Assembly: GCA_027622665.1 (NCBI GenBank)
Contig: JAQBYT010000034.1
Span: 1-46,346, forward strand
Origin: Verrucomicrobiota bacterium
GTDB taxonomy: Bacteria > Verrucomicrobiota > Verrucomicrobiia > Opitutales > Seribacteraceae
Length of the DNA: 46,346 nt
Direction of reading: 5' to 3'
This document shows positions 9,622 to 19,230 of this stretch, in pieces. The position numbers and the translations under genes were made by a program. Position 1 is the stretch's first letter. Each line of letters starts with the position of its first letter. The notes below the pieces were generated by a model. The model was given only the letters and a program-made list of their open reading frames with translations. It had not been told where the DNA came from and ran no database searches.

Positions 9622-11169
9622 ATGAATAAAATCCTGTCTTCGACCGCCCTGCTTGCGGCATTTTCTCTTTCCGGAGTCACCCCGGCTTTCGCCGCTTCCC
9701 CCGCCAGCCTATCCATAGAAAACCTGTTCGGGCCCGATTCGGAAATGACCTTCCGTTTAAACATTAAGGAAATTAAGGAAAGCGGATTCGTCAAGGGGCT
9801 CATGGAGGAAAACCCCGAGATCCTCGAAAGCATCGAGGAAAACATGGAAAGTGATGAATTAGAGGAGTTCACCGACTTGACCGGGTTTGGTTTCGAAGAC
9901 ATTTCCGAAATGGGTTTCTCCGCTATCGGCGTAGAGGCCATTATGGAGGCTCAAGCGCAGGGCGAGGAACCGAAAATTGGTGAGGACGTGACTTTCGTGG
10001 CCGCGATCCGGGTGGACAAGCCCACTGATTCCAAGAAATTACTAGGTATCCTGTTCGACAAGGTGGAGGAAGAGGAAGGCCCTGAAGTTCGTAAGCAACT
10101 GGAGGATTCGGTCGAGGCGTTCAAGGGTGCTACAATCCTGAACGTTCCACGAGAACTGCTTGAGGACGAAGAGGTAGACGCCGATATTTCCATCGGTATT
10201 CGGAGCATCGGCAAAGAGACCTATTTTGCCGTTGGTCTCACTGGCGAGGTGAAGCGTTTTTTCTCCGGTGGGAAGGCTGACGCCAATTCATCCGAGTCTC
10301 TCGCGGCTTTGCCTGCCAAAAGGCAAATTGCTTTCGCAATGCCCATCCCCCCAAGCGTTTGGGAACTGGCAGGCATTGATTTCGGAGACGACAATCCTCT
10401 GTTTGCCGGTCTGGCCAATGCCGTAAAGGGAATCAGGGAAGTCGGATTCGCCGCTGCTTTTGCTGAGAAGTCGCTCGGCGGCAACATAGCCATAACATGT
10501 GCGGACCCTCAATCCGCCCTTGCCCTATGGACGATGGCTCAAGCCGGTCTAGGCATGGCTCAGCTTGCGTTGGCAGGTGAAGGCAACGCCCCTCCGATCC
10601 TCAATCGAATAAAGACGCAGGCAAAGGGGAAGAGCGTGATCATTTCCGTTCAAGTGTTGCCCGAGGATTTGGATGAGCTCGGTGCATTCGGTCCCGGAGC
10701 CGCTTTCGAGGAGGATGAAGAACCCGATCCGGAGGAACTGATAGGCGAGAAAGCGGCCGATTTGACGTTGCCTATCCTTGGCGGTGGCGAGTTCGACTTG
10801 TCGGAGCACGTGGGCAAGAACATTGTTGTTCTCGATTTCTGGGCCACTTGGTGCGGACCCTGCGTAAAGGCATTGCCGGAGGTGATGAAGGCGACCGATC
10901 CACTGAAAAACAAAGGGGTCGTTTTAGTGGCGGTGAATCAAGGGGAAGATGCGAAGCCGATTAACAAGTTTCTCAAGCGTAAAAAGTGGAAGGGTCTCAT
11001 GGTGGTGCTCGACAATAAGAATCTCAGCAGTGATGCATTTATGGTGAGCGGCATTCCGCAGACCGTGATTATCGACAAGAAGGGTATCGTACGACACGTA
11101 CATGTTGGTTATTCGCCCAATATCGGCAAGCGCTTGAGGAAAGAGTTGGAAGCCATTTTGGCCGAGTAA
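9622..11169 (+). CDS. Secreted protein with a large acidic N-terminal domain and C-terminal TlpA/redoxin thioredoxin domain
   Basis: Signal peptide ending AFA; VVLDFWATWCGPC and GIPQTVIIDKKG in the last 150 aa. Confidence 0.85.
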   Translation: MNKILSSTALLAAFSLSGVTPAFAASPASLSIENLFGPDSEMTFRLNIKEIKESGFVKGLMEENPEILESIEENMESDELEEFTDLTGFGFEDISEMGFSAIGVEAIMEAQAQGEEPKIGEDVTFVAAIRVDKPTDSKKLLGILFDKVEEEEGPEVRKQLEDSVEAFKGATILNVPRELLEDEEVDADISIGIRSIGKETYFAVGLTGEVKRFFSGGKADANSSESLAALPAKRQIAFAMPIPPSVWELAGIDFGDDNPLFAGLANAVKGIREVGFAAAFAEKSLGGNIAITCADPQSALALWTMAQAGLGMAQLALAGEGNAPPILNRIKTQAKGKSVIISVQVLPEDLDELGAFGPGAAFEEDEEPDPEELIGEKAADLTLPILGGGEFDLSEHVGKNIVVLDFWATWCGPCVKALPEVMKATDPLKNKGVVLVAVNQGEDAKPINKFLKRKKWKGLMVVLDNKNLSSDAFMVSGIPQTVIIDKKGIVRHVHVGYSPNIGKRLRKELEAILAE

Positions 11170-11347
11170 GAGGTTCTTTCAGGTTTTCGTGTATATTTCT
11201 TACATAAAGTGCTTATGATGAGCATTATTATGATTATGTTGAAATAATTTTCATCAAAAATGTCCCAAAGGGGTCGACCATCTTCTATTGGCTATTGTTC
11301 GTCAGTTTAAAAACTAATTATCAACGCCATTCAAAGGGACCTCTATC

Positions 11348-12031
11348 ATGATGAAAGTCAACGACTTCCTGAAATACACCATAACGCTCAACATAGAGTA
11401 CGAGAATTACTTTAGCCTCATATACGATACGAAATATCTTTTGGAAGCTCGTTTGGGTTCCGACCGCGAGTTTGTAGCAAAGAAGTCGATTTATGCGAAT
11501 TGTCGCAAGCGTGCCGTGCAGAAAGCCGTGCAATGGTTTTGGAAGGAGTTCAAGGGGGCTCTTGGTAGCGTACACAAGACGATAGTCGTGGACGATCCTC
11601 ATGGTGAAGTCGTCTACAATGAAGACTTTGCCTGTAATGACTTGGGCAACAAGTATCTCAGCGAAGAGACTATCGTCCGAGTCATTAAGGAGTCCGATGG
11701 CGAACTCTTCAGAGACGTCAGTGAAGGTTCCGAGAATCATCCACCCAACAGCGTCAAGCGGTCCAAGCGTCGCCGCAAGCTGAGTAATGTCATAGCGCCT
11801 CGCATGACTCAAACTCCGGCTGGTACTATTTATTACCGAACGACCGTGGTTCCTCAATACTCCAAGAACGGCAAGATTCTCCAACGCCGTAAGGTGAAGA
11901 ATGTTAAATTGGCTTCCAAGACCTTGGAGAAGGCCGTTCGTGAAATTTCTCGCCGAGGTCTTGATCGTCACGAACAAGATGATGTTATTTCTTCCGAGGT
12001 CGTCGAAGAAAACTTCAAGGAAGCCGCTTGA
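11348..12031 (+). CDS. Hypothetical basic protein, possible DNA-binding (arm-type-like C-terminal domain)
   Basis: 227 aa ORF after an AT-rich intergenic region; Lys/Arg-rich; GTIYYR...GK...KLASKTLEKA segment. Confidence 0.7.
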   Translation: MMKVNDFLKYTITLNIEYENYFSLIYDTKYLLEARLGSDREFVAKKSIYANCRKRAVQKAVQWFWKEFKGALGSVHKTIVVDDPHGEVVYNEDFACNDLGNKYLSEETIVRVIKESDGELFRDVSEGSENHPPNSVKRSKRRRKLSNVIAPRMTQTPAGTIYYRTTVVPQYSKNGKILQRRKVKNVKLASKTLEKAVREISRRGLDRHEQDDVISSEVVEENFKEAA

Positions 12032-12046
12032 ATCATTCGTGCCTTT

Positions 12047-12074
12047 TTGACCCGTACCGGATTTACCTTATTCT
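12047..12074 (+). promoter_or_regulatory. Putative sigma70 promoter of the ECF operon
   Basis: TTGACC-16 nt-TATTCT, 21 nt before ATG 12096. Confidence 0.35.
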
Positions 12075-12095
12075 GATTTACTTTGTTTCTATTCA

Positions 12096-12662
12096 ATGTC
12101 CCTCAACTCTCACAAAGGTTCCTCAGGCGTAGCCAGTAGCGGCGGCGATGTTCCTGCTGAATTAGTGCAGTTGCTGATGAAGTATCAGCGACGCATTTTT
12201 GCATATGTTCACACCCTTGTGCCTACTCGCAGTGATGCCGAGGATATCCTGCAAGAGGCATGTGTAACAATATGCGAGAAGTTCGATCAGTTTGAGTCGG
12301 GTACGAACTTTTATTCTTGGGCTTGTCAGATTGCCTATTGGAAGGTTCGAGCAGCTCGGAAGAAGTTTGCTACCTCAAAGGTGGTTTTCAACCAGGAAGT
12401 CATGGAGGTCATTTCGGAAACCCGTGTCGAATTAGAGGATGAATTGGACGAGCGCCACGAAGCATTATCGCTTTGTCTGAGGAAATTAAATGATCGGGAC
12501 CGTCGCATGGTCCTTATTCGCTATGAAAGCAGTAATAACGTGCCACAAGCTGCCCAAGCTTGTGGGCGCACCATTCAAGGTGCATACAAGGCTCTTACTC
12601 GCATACGCAAAGCACTTTTTGATTGTGTGACTTTCGAACTTTCGCTGGAACAAGCTAGATGA
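12096..12662 (+). CDS. ECF RNA polymerase sigma factor (Rhodopirellula/Verrucomicrobium-type)
   Basis: YQRRIFAYV...DAEDILQE...GTNFYSWACQIA region 2; region 4 YKALTRIRKALFDCV. Confidence 0.92.
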   Translation: MSLNSHKGSSGVASSGGDVPAELVQLLMKYQRRIFAYVHTLVPTRSDAEDILQEACVTICEKFDQFESGTNFYSWACQIAYWKVRAARKKFATSKVVFNQEVMEVISETRVELEDELDERHEALSLCLRKLNDRDRRMVLIRYESSNNVPQAAQACGRTIQGAYKALTRIRKALFDCVTFELSLEQAR

Positions 12663-14332
12663 GGCTCTCCGATCGAGAAATTCTTGAACTGCATGAGCTC
12701 CTCGACGCTCTTGTGGAAAACAACCTTGCTGGTGAGCGTCGCAAGCGGTTGGAGAAATGGTTAGCTGAGAGTGATTCCGCTCGCAGGCACTACGTCCGCT
12801 TCATGGACATGTCCAGCAGCCTTTGTTCTTATGCTGAGGAACGGCTTTCGGACGAGGATGATGAAGGCGTAGTCCCGTTTGATCCCGATGCCGGAAAACT
12901 TGTTCGTTTTCTTCGACCATTGTCTGTTGCAGCAGGGATAGCGGTCGTGGGCTTCTTCGGATACAAGAACTACTTGGCCATCGACAATCCCAATCTTATT
13001 GTAGAAAAGCCTTCCGCTGAAACTTCTGAATCGTCGGATGCATCTAGCTTTGCCTTGACCTCCGATACGTTGGGAGTGCTCACTCGTGCCGCCGGAGTCG
13101 AATGGGATGAGGATTCCGACTATCGCCCCTTGCCTAACGAACCCCTCCGCGCCGGGCGACTCAAGCTTAACGCTGGTTTGGCTCAGATTGAATTCGTTCA
13201 GGGAGCCAACATTGTTCTTGAAGGACCAGTTGAATTCGAACTTACCGGGCCTAACGGAGGCTCTTTGCTCCTCGGCAAACTTCGAGCCAACGTGCCTAAA
13301 GTGGCGAAGGGCTTTTCAATTGATACTCCGAGAGGCAAAGTCGTCGACCTCGGGACTGAGTTCGGTTTGAATGTCGAAGAGGACGGAGTGACTGAAATCT
13401 ATGTGTATGTGGGCAAGGTTCTCTTTGAGGGTAAGGATCAGGATGCCGAATTGGCTTTTGAAGAACTGGAAGCCGGCGAAGCCGTGTTCGTCAACCAAAA
13501 GGGGAATTTGACTTGGATCGATATGCCTTCCGAACCTTTCTTCGGCACGGCAGATCTTGCATACCGATCCATGGAGGAATCTCAACGTCGGCATTCCGCC
13601 TGGGTGGATTTGAGCGAGGAGCTGGCTGCCGATCCTCGGAACTCACTTTACTTTACATTTGATGATCACCGTTCGTGGTCACGTATCCTTCGTGATGACG
13701 CACAATCAAAAAAGGAGCGTCACGATGGTGCCATCGTTGGTTGCAAATGGAGTGAGGGACGTTGGCCCGGAAAGGGTGCTCTTTCCTTTGCGGGGGAAAA
13801 CGATCGCGTGCATCTCAAACTTCCAAAACCTCTGCGATCCGCCACTCTTGCTTCTTGGGTGTGCTTGGACGAGATCGGGAGCGTTATGAATCCCATCATT
13901 TCTTCCCCTCCGAATACTTTGGGTGCTGCGTGCTGGGGGATCGATGGAACAGGACGCATCGTTCTTCGAGCCAAGGGAACCGATTCCTTGATTCAATATA
14001 TTTCTTCCGTTGCTTTTCGAAAAGAAAGGATTGATCAATGGACGCACTTGGCGACCACTTATGATGCGGATAAGAAAATGGTAAGTCATTACGTTGATGG
14101 TCGTCCGTTCAGTCGCGAAAAAATGCAGGCGGACTTGAAACTTTTCTTCGGCAAAAGCGAACTTGGCCATGACAGCGGAGAATATAAAGGCAAACGAGGT
14201 TACGGTTTGCATGGTTCCATTGACGAATTTTTCGTCTTCAACGAAGCTTTTGACGAAGAGGAAGTTCGGCGTCTTTACGAGATCGGTAGACCTTATGCCT
14301 TGCCCCCTCGCTTGGTTCCGGTTTTACCCTGA
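12659..14332 (+). CDS. FecR-domain anti-sigma factor with C-terminal LamG/concanavalin-like domain
   Basis: N-terminal anti-sigma helices, one TM, FSIDTPRGKVVDLGTEFG (FecR), WTHLATTYD...GSIDEFFVFN (LamG); ATGA overlap with the sigma gene. Confidence 0.88.
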   Translation: MRLSDREILELHELLDALVENNLAGERRKRLEKWLAESDSARRHYVRFMDMSSSLCSYAEERLSDEDDEGVVPFDPDAGKLVRFLRPLSVAAGIAVVGFFGYKNYLAIDNPNLIVEKPSAETSESSDASSFALTSDTLGVLTRAAGVEWDEDSDYRPLPNEPLRAGRLKLNAGLAQIEFVQGANIVLEGPVEFELTGPNGGSLLLGKLRANVPKVAKGFSIDTPRGKVVDLGTEFGLNVEEDGVTEIYVYVGKVLFEGKDQDAELAFEELEAGEAVFVNQKGNLTWIDMPSEPFFGTADLAYRSMEESQRRHSAWVDLSEELAADPRNSLYFTFDDHRSWSRILRDDAQSKKERHDGAIVGCKWSEGRWPGKGALSFAGENDRVHLKLPKPLRSATLASWVCLDEIGSVMNPIISSPPNTLGAACWGIDGTGRIVLRAKGTDSLIQYISSVAFRKERIDQWTHLATTYDADKKMVSHYVDGRPFSREKMQADLKLFFGKSELGHDSGEYKGKRGYGLHGSIDEFFVFNEAFDEEEVRRLYEIGRPYALPPRLVPVLP

Positions 14333-14340
14333 AAAACGAG

Positions 14341-16764
14341 TTGTCTCTCTCTGCTTTTTGCGGCATAAGTTCTTTTGTGTCGTACCGTTGCCTTTTTTTG
14401 CTTCTTGGGCTAGTTGTCGGCCCTCTTTATGGATTGAAGCCTGAACACCCCGTGCTTGGGAAAGGTTTGGATCATTGGGCCTTTAAGCCAGTCAAGCGAA
14501 CTACTCCTCCTCGGGTTGAAGGTGCTCGCAGTTCAATTGACTCCTTTGTTCGTTCCAAACTAAGTCACACTGGACTCGAACCGTCGTCTGCTGCATCCAA
14601 AGCGGTATTGTTCCGTCGCTTATCATTTGATCTGAGGGGAGTGCCTCCTTCTTTTGAGGAGATTCGTGAGTTCGAGAAGGATGAACGCCCGGCTGCCTAT
14701 GAGCGGGCGGTGGACAAGTTTCTTGCTTCGCCTCGTTTTGGCGAAAGATGGGGGCGTTACTGGCTGGACTTGGCTCGCTATGCGGATACTAAAGGCTATC
14801 TCGCAGGTGGTTCCAGTAGGCTTTATCCATTCGCCTATACCTATCGGGACTGGGTCATCCGGGCTTTTAATGAAGGAATGCCATACGATGAGTTCGTGAG
14901 CAAACAACTCGCCGCCGATCTGATGGTGGATTCCCCAAACCACCCCGATCTTGCCGCTCTCGGTTTTCTTACCGTCGGTCCCCGTCTGCTTAATCTCCGC
15001 CATCTTATTATTGACGATAGAATCGATGTCGTTACGCGAGGTCTAATGGGCTTCACTGTCGGTTGCGCCAGATGTCATGATCATTTTTTCGATCCTATCC
15101 CTCAGGAAGATTACTATTCTCTATATGGGATATTCAACCTTGCTCGCCAACCGAAGGAGCTGCCTTTTGTAGGTCGTCCGGACATGGCTTCAGGGGACTA
15201 CAAGGAGTTCGAGACAAAGCGCAAGGAATTGGAGGCTGTCGTAATAAAGCATCTTAGATCAAACTGGAATTCCGTGCGTTCTAGAGATGGGCTGACTGCC
15301 TATTTGGAACTTGTTCGTGACGGGCGTGAACTTTCGGACGACCGGTTCGAGGCTCTTGCCGCCAAACGTAAACTCTTTCCGAAATTGGCTCGTCGGTGGC
15401 GTGCTTTTTTCAAGGTGAAGACTAGGCAAGAAGATCGAATTTTTGCCGTCTGGCGTGCTTTTGAAAAGGCGCCTCCCGAAAAATATCCAAATACCGTAAA
15501 GTCTCTATTGAAGTATAAGCCACCCTTGCCCCCCTTCCTGTTGCGAGGGCTTCGAGAGCTTAATGAAAACGATTTCAAAGAAGTGATCGGATGGTATGCT
15601 ACGGAGTTCGCAGAATCGTTGAAAAAGGCAGAATCGGGTGCTGAATCCAAAGGAACGATATCCTTCGTGAAATCTTCCGGTTTTCCCGTTAGCTTTACTG
15701 TCGAAGGCGTTGAGGAATATTTCGATACCAAGGCTCGCAATCATACGAATTCTCTCCGGGCGAAATTATCCAAGCACAATACGGAGCATCCGGGCTCCCC
15801 TCCAAGGGCCATGGCTTTGGTTGATGACTCGGCGTTGCGTAATCCTCGGATTTTCGACCGTGGCAATCCCAATGCCCCCGGCCGAGAGGTTCCGAGGCGC
15901 TTCCTCGCCGCACTCTCTCACGGTGCCGATCGCAAACCTTACGAGCAAGGAAGCGGGAGACTTGAGCTTGCCAAGTCAATTCTCCATGCCGACAACCCCT
16001 TGACTGGTCGTGTCTTCGTGAATCGCGTATGGATGCATCTGTTCGGCACAGGCATCGTCCGTACGCCAAGTGATTTCGGCTTGCAGGGTGAAACCCCCAC
16101 ACACCCTCTCCTTCTGGATCATCTCACATACAGTTTCATCAACGAGGGATGGGATGTAAAGGATCTCATCCGCTTCATCACGACCTCTGCCACTTATCGC
16201 CAGAAAAGTGGTGTCGCCCCAATCAGCGATCCCGAAAATCGGTTTCTATCCGTAATGAATCGAAAACGCCTCGATTTCGAGGCAATGCGCGATTCCATGC
16301 TTTCTGTTTCCGGCGAACTCGACCTAAGCATGGGAGGCCGAGCCGTTTATCTTACCAAGAAGCCTTTTCCTGTTCGCCGAGCGGTTTACGGTTTTGTAGA
16401 GCGTCAGAACCTGCCGGCCCTTTTCCGCACCTTTGACTTCGCCAACCCTAACATTCATGCACCTCTTCGTTTCGAGACCACGGTGGCTCCGCAAGCACTT
16501 TTCGCCCTCAACGATCCATTCGTCATCGCTCGGGCGGAAAACTTGGCCCGGCAGGCTCAATCATCTAGTGCCGGTGATTCATTGGCGGAAAAATCGATCG
16601 AGGCTCTCAACCGCTTCTTGTTCAGGCGAGTTCTTCTGAGAGAACCATCGATAAAGGAACTGGATTCAACACTCGCGTTTGTCGGTACAAATCCTTCTCC
16701 CGGCAAGCTTGCGGATATCGCCCAATCCTTGCTCATTTCGAACGAATTCTTTTTCATCGACTAA
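14341..16764 (+). CDS. DUF1549/DUF1553 domain protein (PSD1 family) with CxxCH
   Basis: HWAFKP, RRLSFDLRGVPP, GERWGRYWLDLARYADT, CARCHDH, NPLTGRVFVNRVWMHLFG, RLDFEAMRDSML; TTG start is uncertain. Confidence 0.92.
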   Translation: MSLSAFCGISSFVSYRCLFLLLGLVVGPLYGLKPEHPVLGKGLDHWAFKPVKRTTPPRVEGARSSIDSFVRSKLSHTGLEPSSAASKAVLFRRLSFDLRGVPPSFEEIREFEKDERPAAYERAVDKFLASPRFGERWGRYWLDLARYADTKGYLAGGSSRLYPFAYTYRDWVIRAFNEGMPYDEFVSKQLAADLMVDSPNHPDLAALGFLTVGPRLLNLRHLIIDDRIDVVTRGLMGFTVGCARCHDHFFDPIPQEDYYSLYGIFNLARQPKELPFVGRPDMASGDYKEFETKRKELEAVVIKHLRSNWNSVRSRDGLTAYLELVRDGRELSDDRFEALAAKRKLFPKLARRWRAFFKVKTRQEDRIFAVWRAFEKAPPEKYPNTVKSLLKYKPPLPPFLLRGLRELNENDFKEVIGWYATEFAESLKKAESGAESKGTISFVKSSGFPVSFTVEGVEEYFDTKARNHTNSLRAKLSKHNTEHPGSPPRAMALVDDSALRNPRIFDRGNPNAPGREVPRRFLAALSHGADRKPYEQGSGRLELAKSILHADNPLTGRVFVNRVWMHLFGTGIVRTPSDFGLQGETPTHPLLLDHLTYSFINEGWDVKDLIRFITTSATYRQKSGVAPISDPENRFLSVMNRKRLDFEAMRDSMLSVSGELDLSMGGRAVYLTKKPFPVRRAVYGFVERQNLPALFRTFDFANPNIHAPLRFETTVAPQALFALNDPFVIARAENLARQAQSSSAGDSLAEKSIEALNRFLFRRVLLREPSIKELDSTLAFVGTNPSPGKLADIAQSLLISNEFFFID

Positions 16765-18194
16765 TGTTTTCTACCTCAGCAGAAAACTTACCCTTTGCTC
16801 GCCGTGACTTTCTCGCTCGGTGTGGTATGGGCTTTGGCTTGCCTGCATTAGGGGCCTTGTGTTCCGAAGATGCCGTCGCCCGGCCCGTAACGAATCCAAT
16901 GATGGCTAGAGGGCCGCATTTTGCGCCAAAGGCAAAACGGGTTATTCATCTCTTCATGAACGGCGGTCCCGCTCACATGGACACCTTTGATCCCAAACCC
17001 GAACTGAGCCGATGGTCGGGCAAGCCGTTGCCCGATGGTCGTCGCCTCGGTACTGAACGTAAAACCGGAGCTGCTTTCGGATCACCGTTCAGCTTCCGGC
17101 GTTATGGCCAGAGTGGTTTGCCCGTTAGCGAGATCTTTCCGCACGTCGCGGAACATGTAGACGATCTTTGCGTAATACGTTCGATGCGCGCCGACGTTCC
17201 TAATCACGAACCTTCTCTTATGCTCATGAACTGTGGGGACGGTCGATTGGTGAGGCCGAGCATGGGATCATGGGTGACCTATGGACTCGGCTCTGAAAAC
17301 CAGAACCTACCTGGTTTCGTTGTGCTTTGCCCCGGTGGTTATCCCATTACCGAAACACAAAACTGGCGTTCAGCTTTTCTTCCCGGAATTTATCAAGGAA
17401 CCCACGTCGATCCATCCAAAGGCGGTCCGTCGGACGTGATCCCAAACCTGAAACCCGCTCGCTCCGACAGCAGGCAAGCAAGCCAACTCGATTTGCTCCG
17501 ATCCTTGAATCGTCGCCATGCTGAGGAAAGGGGAGGGGATTCTCGATTCGAAGCCCGGATTCAGTCCTTTGAACTTGCCTACCGCATGCAGGTTGAAGCG
17601 AGCGATGCCTTTGATATTTCTAGAGAACCTGCCCATCTCCGAGATTCTTATGGTTCCGGCGTACACGGCAAGCAATGCCTGATTGCTCGCAGGTTGGTTG
17701 AACGGGGGGTAAGGTTTGTTCAGCTTTGGCATGGAGCGGGGCAACCTTGGGATAGTCACGACGAGATTGAGAAGAACCATCGACGACTGGCAAGGGAATG
17801 CGACCAAGCAATCGGGGCCCTCCTGACTGATCTCAAGCAATCGGGACTACTGGAGGACACCCTTGTAGTTTGGGGTGGCGAATTTGGGCGAACTCCTACC
17901 GTCGAGCTTCCTAAGCCGGGGTCCAATGCAGGAAAGATAAATGGACGGGACCACAACCATCATGGTTTTAGCATGTGGTTGGCAGGCGGCGGCGTCAAAG
18001 GAGGTTTTTCTTATGGCGCTACTGATGAATTCGGGTTTGGCGCGGTGGAGAACCCCGTTCACGTACACGACCTGCACGCCACGCTTTTGCATCTTCTCGG
18101 CTTCGATCACGAAAAACTCACCTATCGCTATGCAGGGAGAGATTTTCGCCTTACCGATGTGCACGGCAAAGTCGTTACCGACTTAATCGCTTAG
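16764..18194 (+). CDS. DUF1501 family protein (sulfatase-like fold), Tat signal
   Basis: ARRDFL twin-arginine; KRVIHLFMNGGPAHMDTFDPKP, WDSH, GEFGRTP, GRDHN, HVHDLHAT. Confidence 0.93.
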   Translation: MFSTSAENLPFARRDFLARCGMGFGLPALGALCSEDAVARPVTNPMMARGPHFAPKAKRVIHLFMNGGPAHMDTFDPKPELSRWSGKPLPDGRRLGTERKTGAAFGSPFSFRRYGQSGLPVSEIFPHVAEHVDDLCVIRSMRADVPNHEPSLMLMNCGDGRLVRPSMGSWVTYGLGSENQNLPGFVVLCPGGYPITETQNWRSAFLPGIYQGTHVDPSKGGPSDVIPNLKPARSDSRQASQLDLLRSLNRRHAEERGGDSRFEARIQSFELAYRMQVEASDAFDISREPAHLRDSYGSGVHGKQCLIARRLVERGVRFVQLWHGAGQPWDSHDEIEKNHRRLARECDQAIGALLTDLKQSGLLEDTLVVWGGEFGRTPTVELPKPGSNAGKINGRDHNHHGFSMWLAGGGVKGGFSYGATDEFGFGAVENPVHVHDLHATLLHLLGFDHEKLTYRYAGRDFRLTDVHGKVVTDLIA

Positions 18195-18196
18195 AG

Positions 18197-19201
18197 TTAT
18201 TCCGCTCGAATTCCTCGCAGCGCTTGGAATTTCGCTCCCATATTGCCAGGGTGCAGTAGTTCCATGAGGGTTTGCCTGTCAGGGTCAAACTCACCTGCCT
18301 TTCCTGTCACTATAGCTTTGCAGGCAGAGGATGCGTGGCCAAGCAAGAAGGATTCCTGCCTCTCGACTTGGACTTCGACGAAACCGTGATCCATTAGAAC
18401 TGCCTCGAGCATGTCCCAACAGACGTGACAGGTGATGTCTTGCTCTCCGGGAGATGCTAGAATATCACTGGACAGGCGGTGACCTCTGTATCCGCGGGCA
18501 ACCCCTTCCGGTCGCCTTCTCGTGAAATCTTCCAAGGAGAGACCGTAGTCAAAAGTGAGAAAGAGCCCATTCCATTCCTTCGAACATAGGTTGACTAGAG
18601 ATTCTTTTGCTCCGGTCGGGAGATCGAGCAGGTAATCGTGGGGAGTGCTTTGCGAAATTTCTTTTAGGTAGGTAGGGATGTCGCCGGATTGACGCAGGTC
18701 AATTTCTCGGAGACCGTTTTCCGTTACTTCGACTCCTCGTTCCAACCAACCTTGATCCTGGTCGAAACGAAACCGTCGAAAAGGTTGGGCGTCCAGCCAT
18801 TCGTTGGCGAATACGATGGCTTTAGGAGGGATGTCGAGGGAATCGAAAAGGCGAATGGTTTGCGTTGCTCCGAAGTCATGTTCAACGCCTTGTAAAACGG
18901 ATCGATCCGGTTCGGCTGCTATTTCGAGGAAAGTGTAACTATTAGGATCTGCATCTCCCAAAAGGCTTTCGCACGCTGCGACGACTAATTGGCCGAAGAT
19001 CGGACCAAGGCTTTGTGCGGTGTAAAAATCGGTTTTAGGAGAATGGCCCACACGAGTTCTTGCTGTTGAATAGTAACCGATCCCCGGGGCGTAGAGGGTT
19101 GTCGTGACGAAGGTGGGGTAGTCCATTTCCCCCTTCTCGTCGGTCACATCCCGAAGCGCTGAGATTAGATCTGATTGAGGTTTCTCGTTTGACATTGGCA
19201 T
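18197..19201 (-). CDS. SAM-dependent methyltransferase, MidA/NDUFAF7 family
   Basis: LYAPGIGYY, DFYTA, ANEWLDAQP, DYG, PGEQDITCHV, LLHPGNMGAKF; start ATG 19201 or 19195. Confidence 0.9.
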   Translation of the reverse strand: MPMSNEKPQSDLISALRDVTDEKGEMDYPTFVTTTLYAPGIGYYSTARTRVGHSPKTDFYTAQSLGPIFGQLVVAACESLLGDADPNSYTFLEIAAEPDRSVLQGVEHDFGATQTIRLFDSLDIPPKAIVFANEWLDAQPFRRFRFDQDQGWLERGVEVTENGLREIDLRQSGDIPTYLKEISQSTPHDYLLDLPTGAKESLVNLCSKEWNGLFLTFDYGLSLEDFTRRRPEGVARGYRGHRLSSDILASPGEQDITCHVCWDMLEAVLMDHGFVEVQVERQESFLLGHASSACKAIVTGKAGEFDPDRQTLMELLHPGNMGAKFQALRGIRAE

Positions 19202-19230
19202 TTGTGAGTTCTTGGGGTAAAGGGTTTGGG

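Noticed and set aside
11321..11977. 218-aa antisense ORF
   Set aside because: Shadow of the 11348-12031 gene with no recognisable motifs
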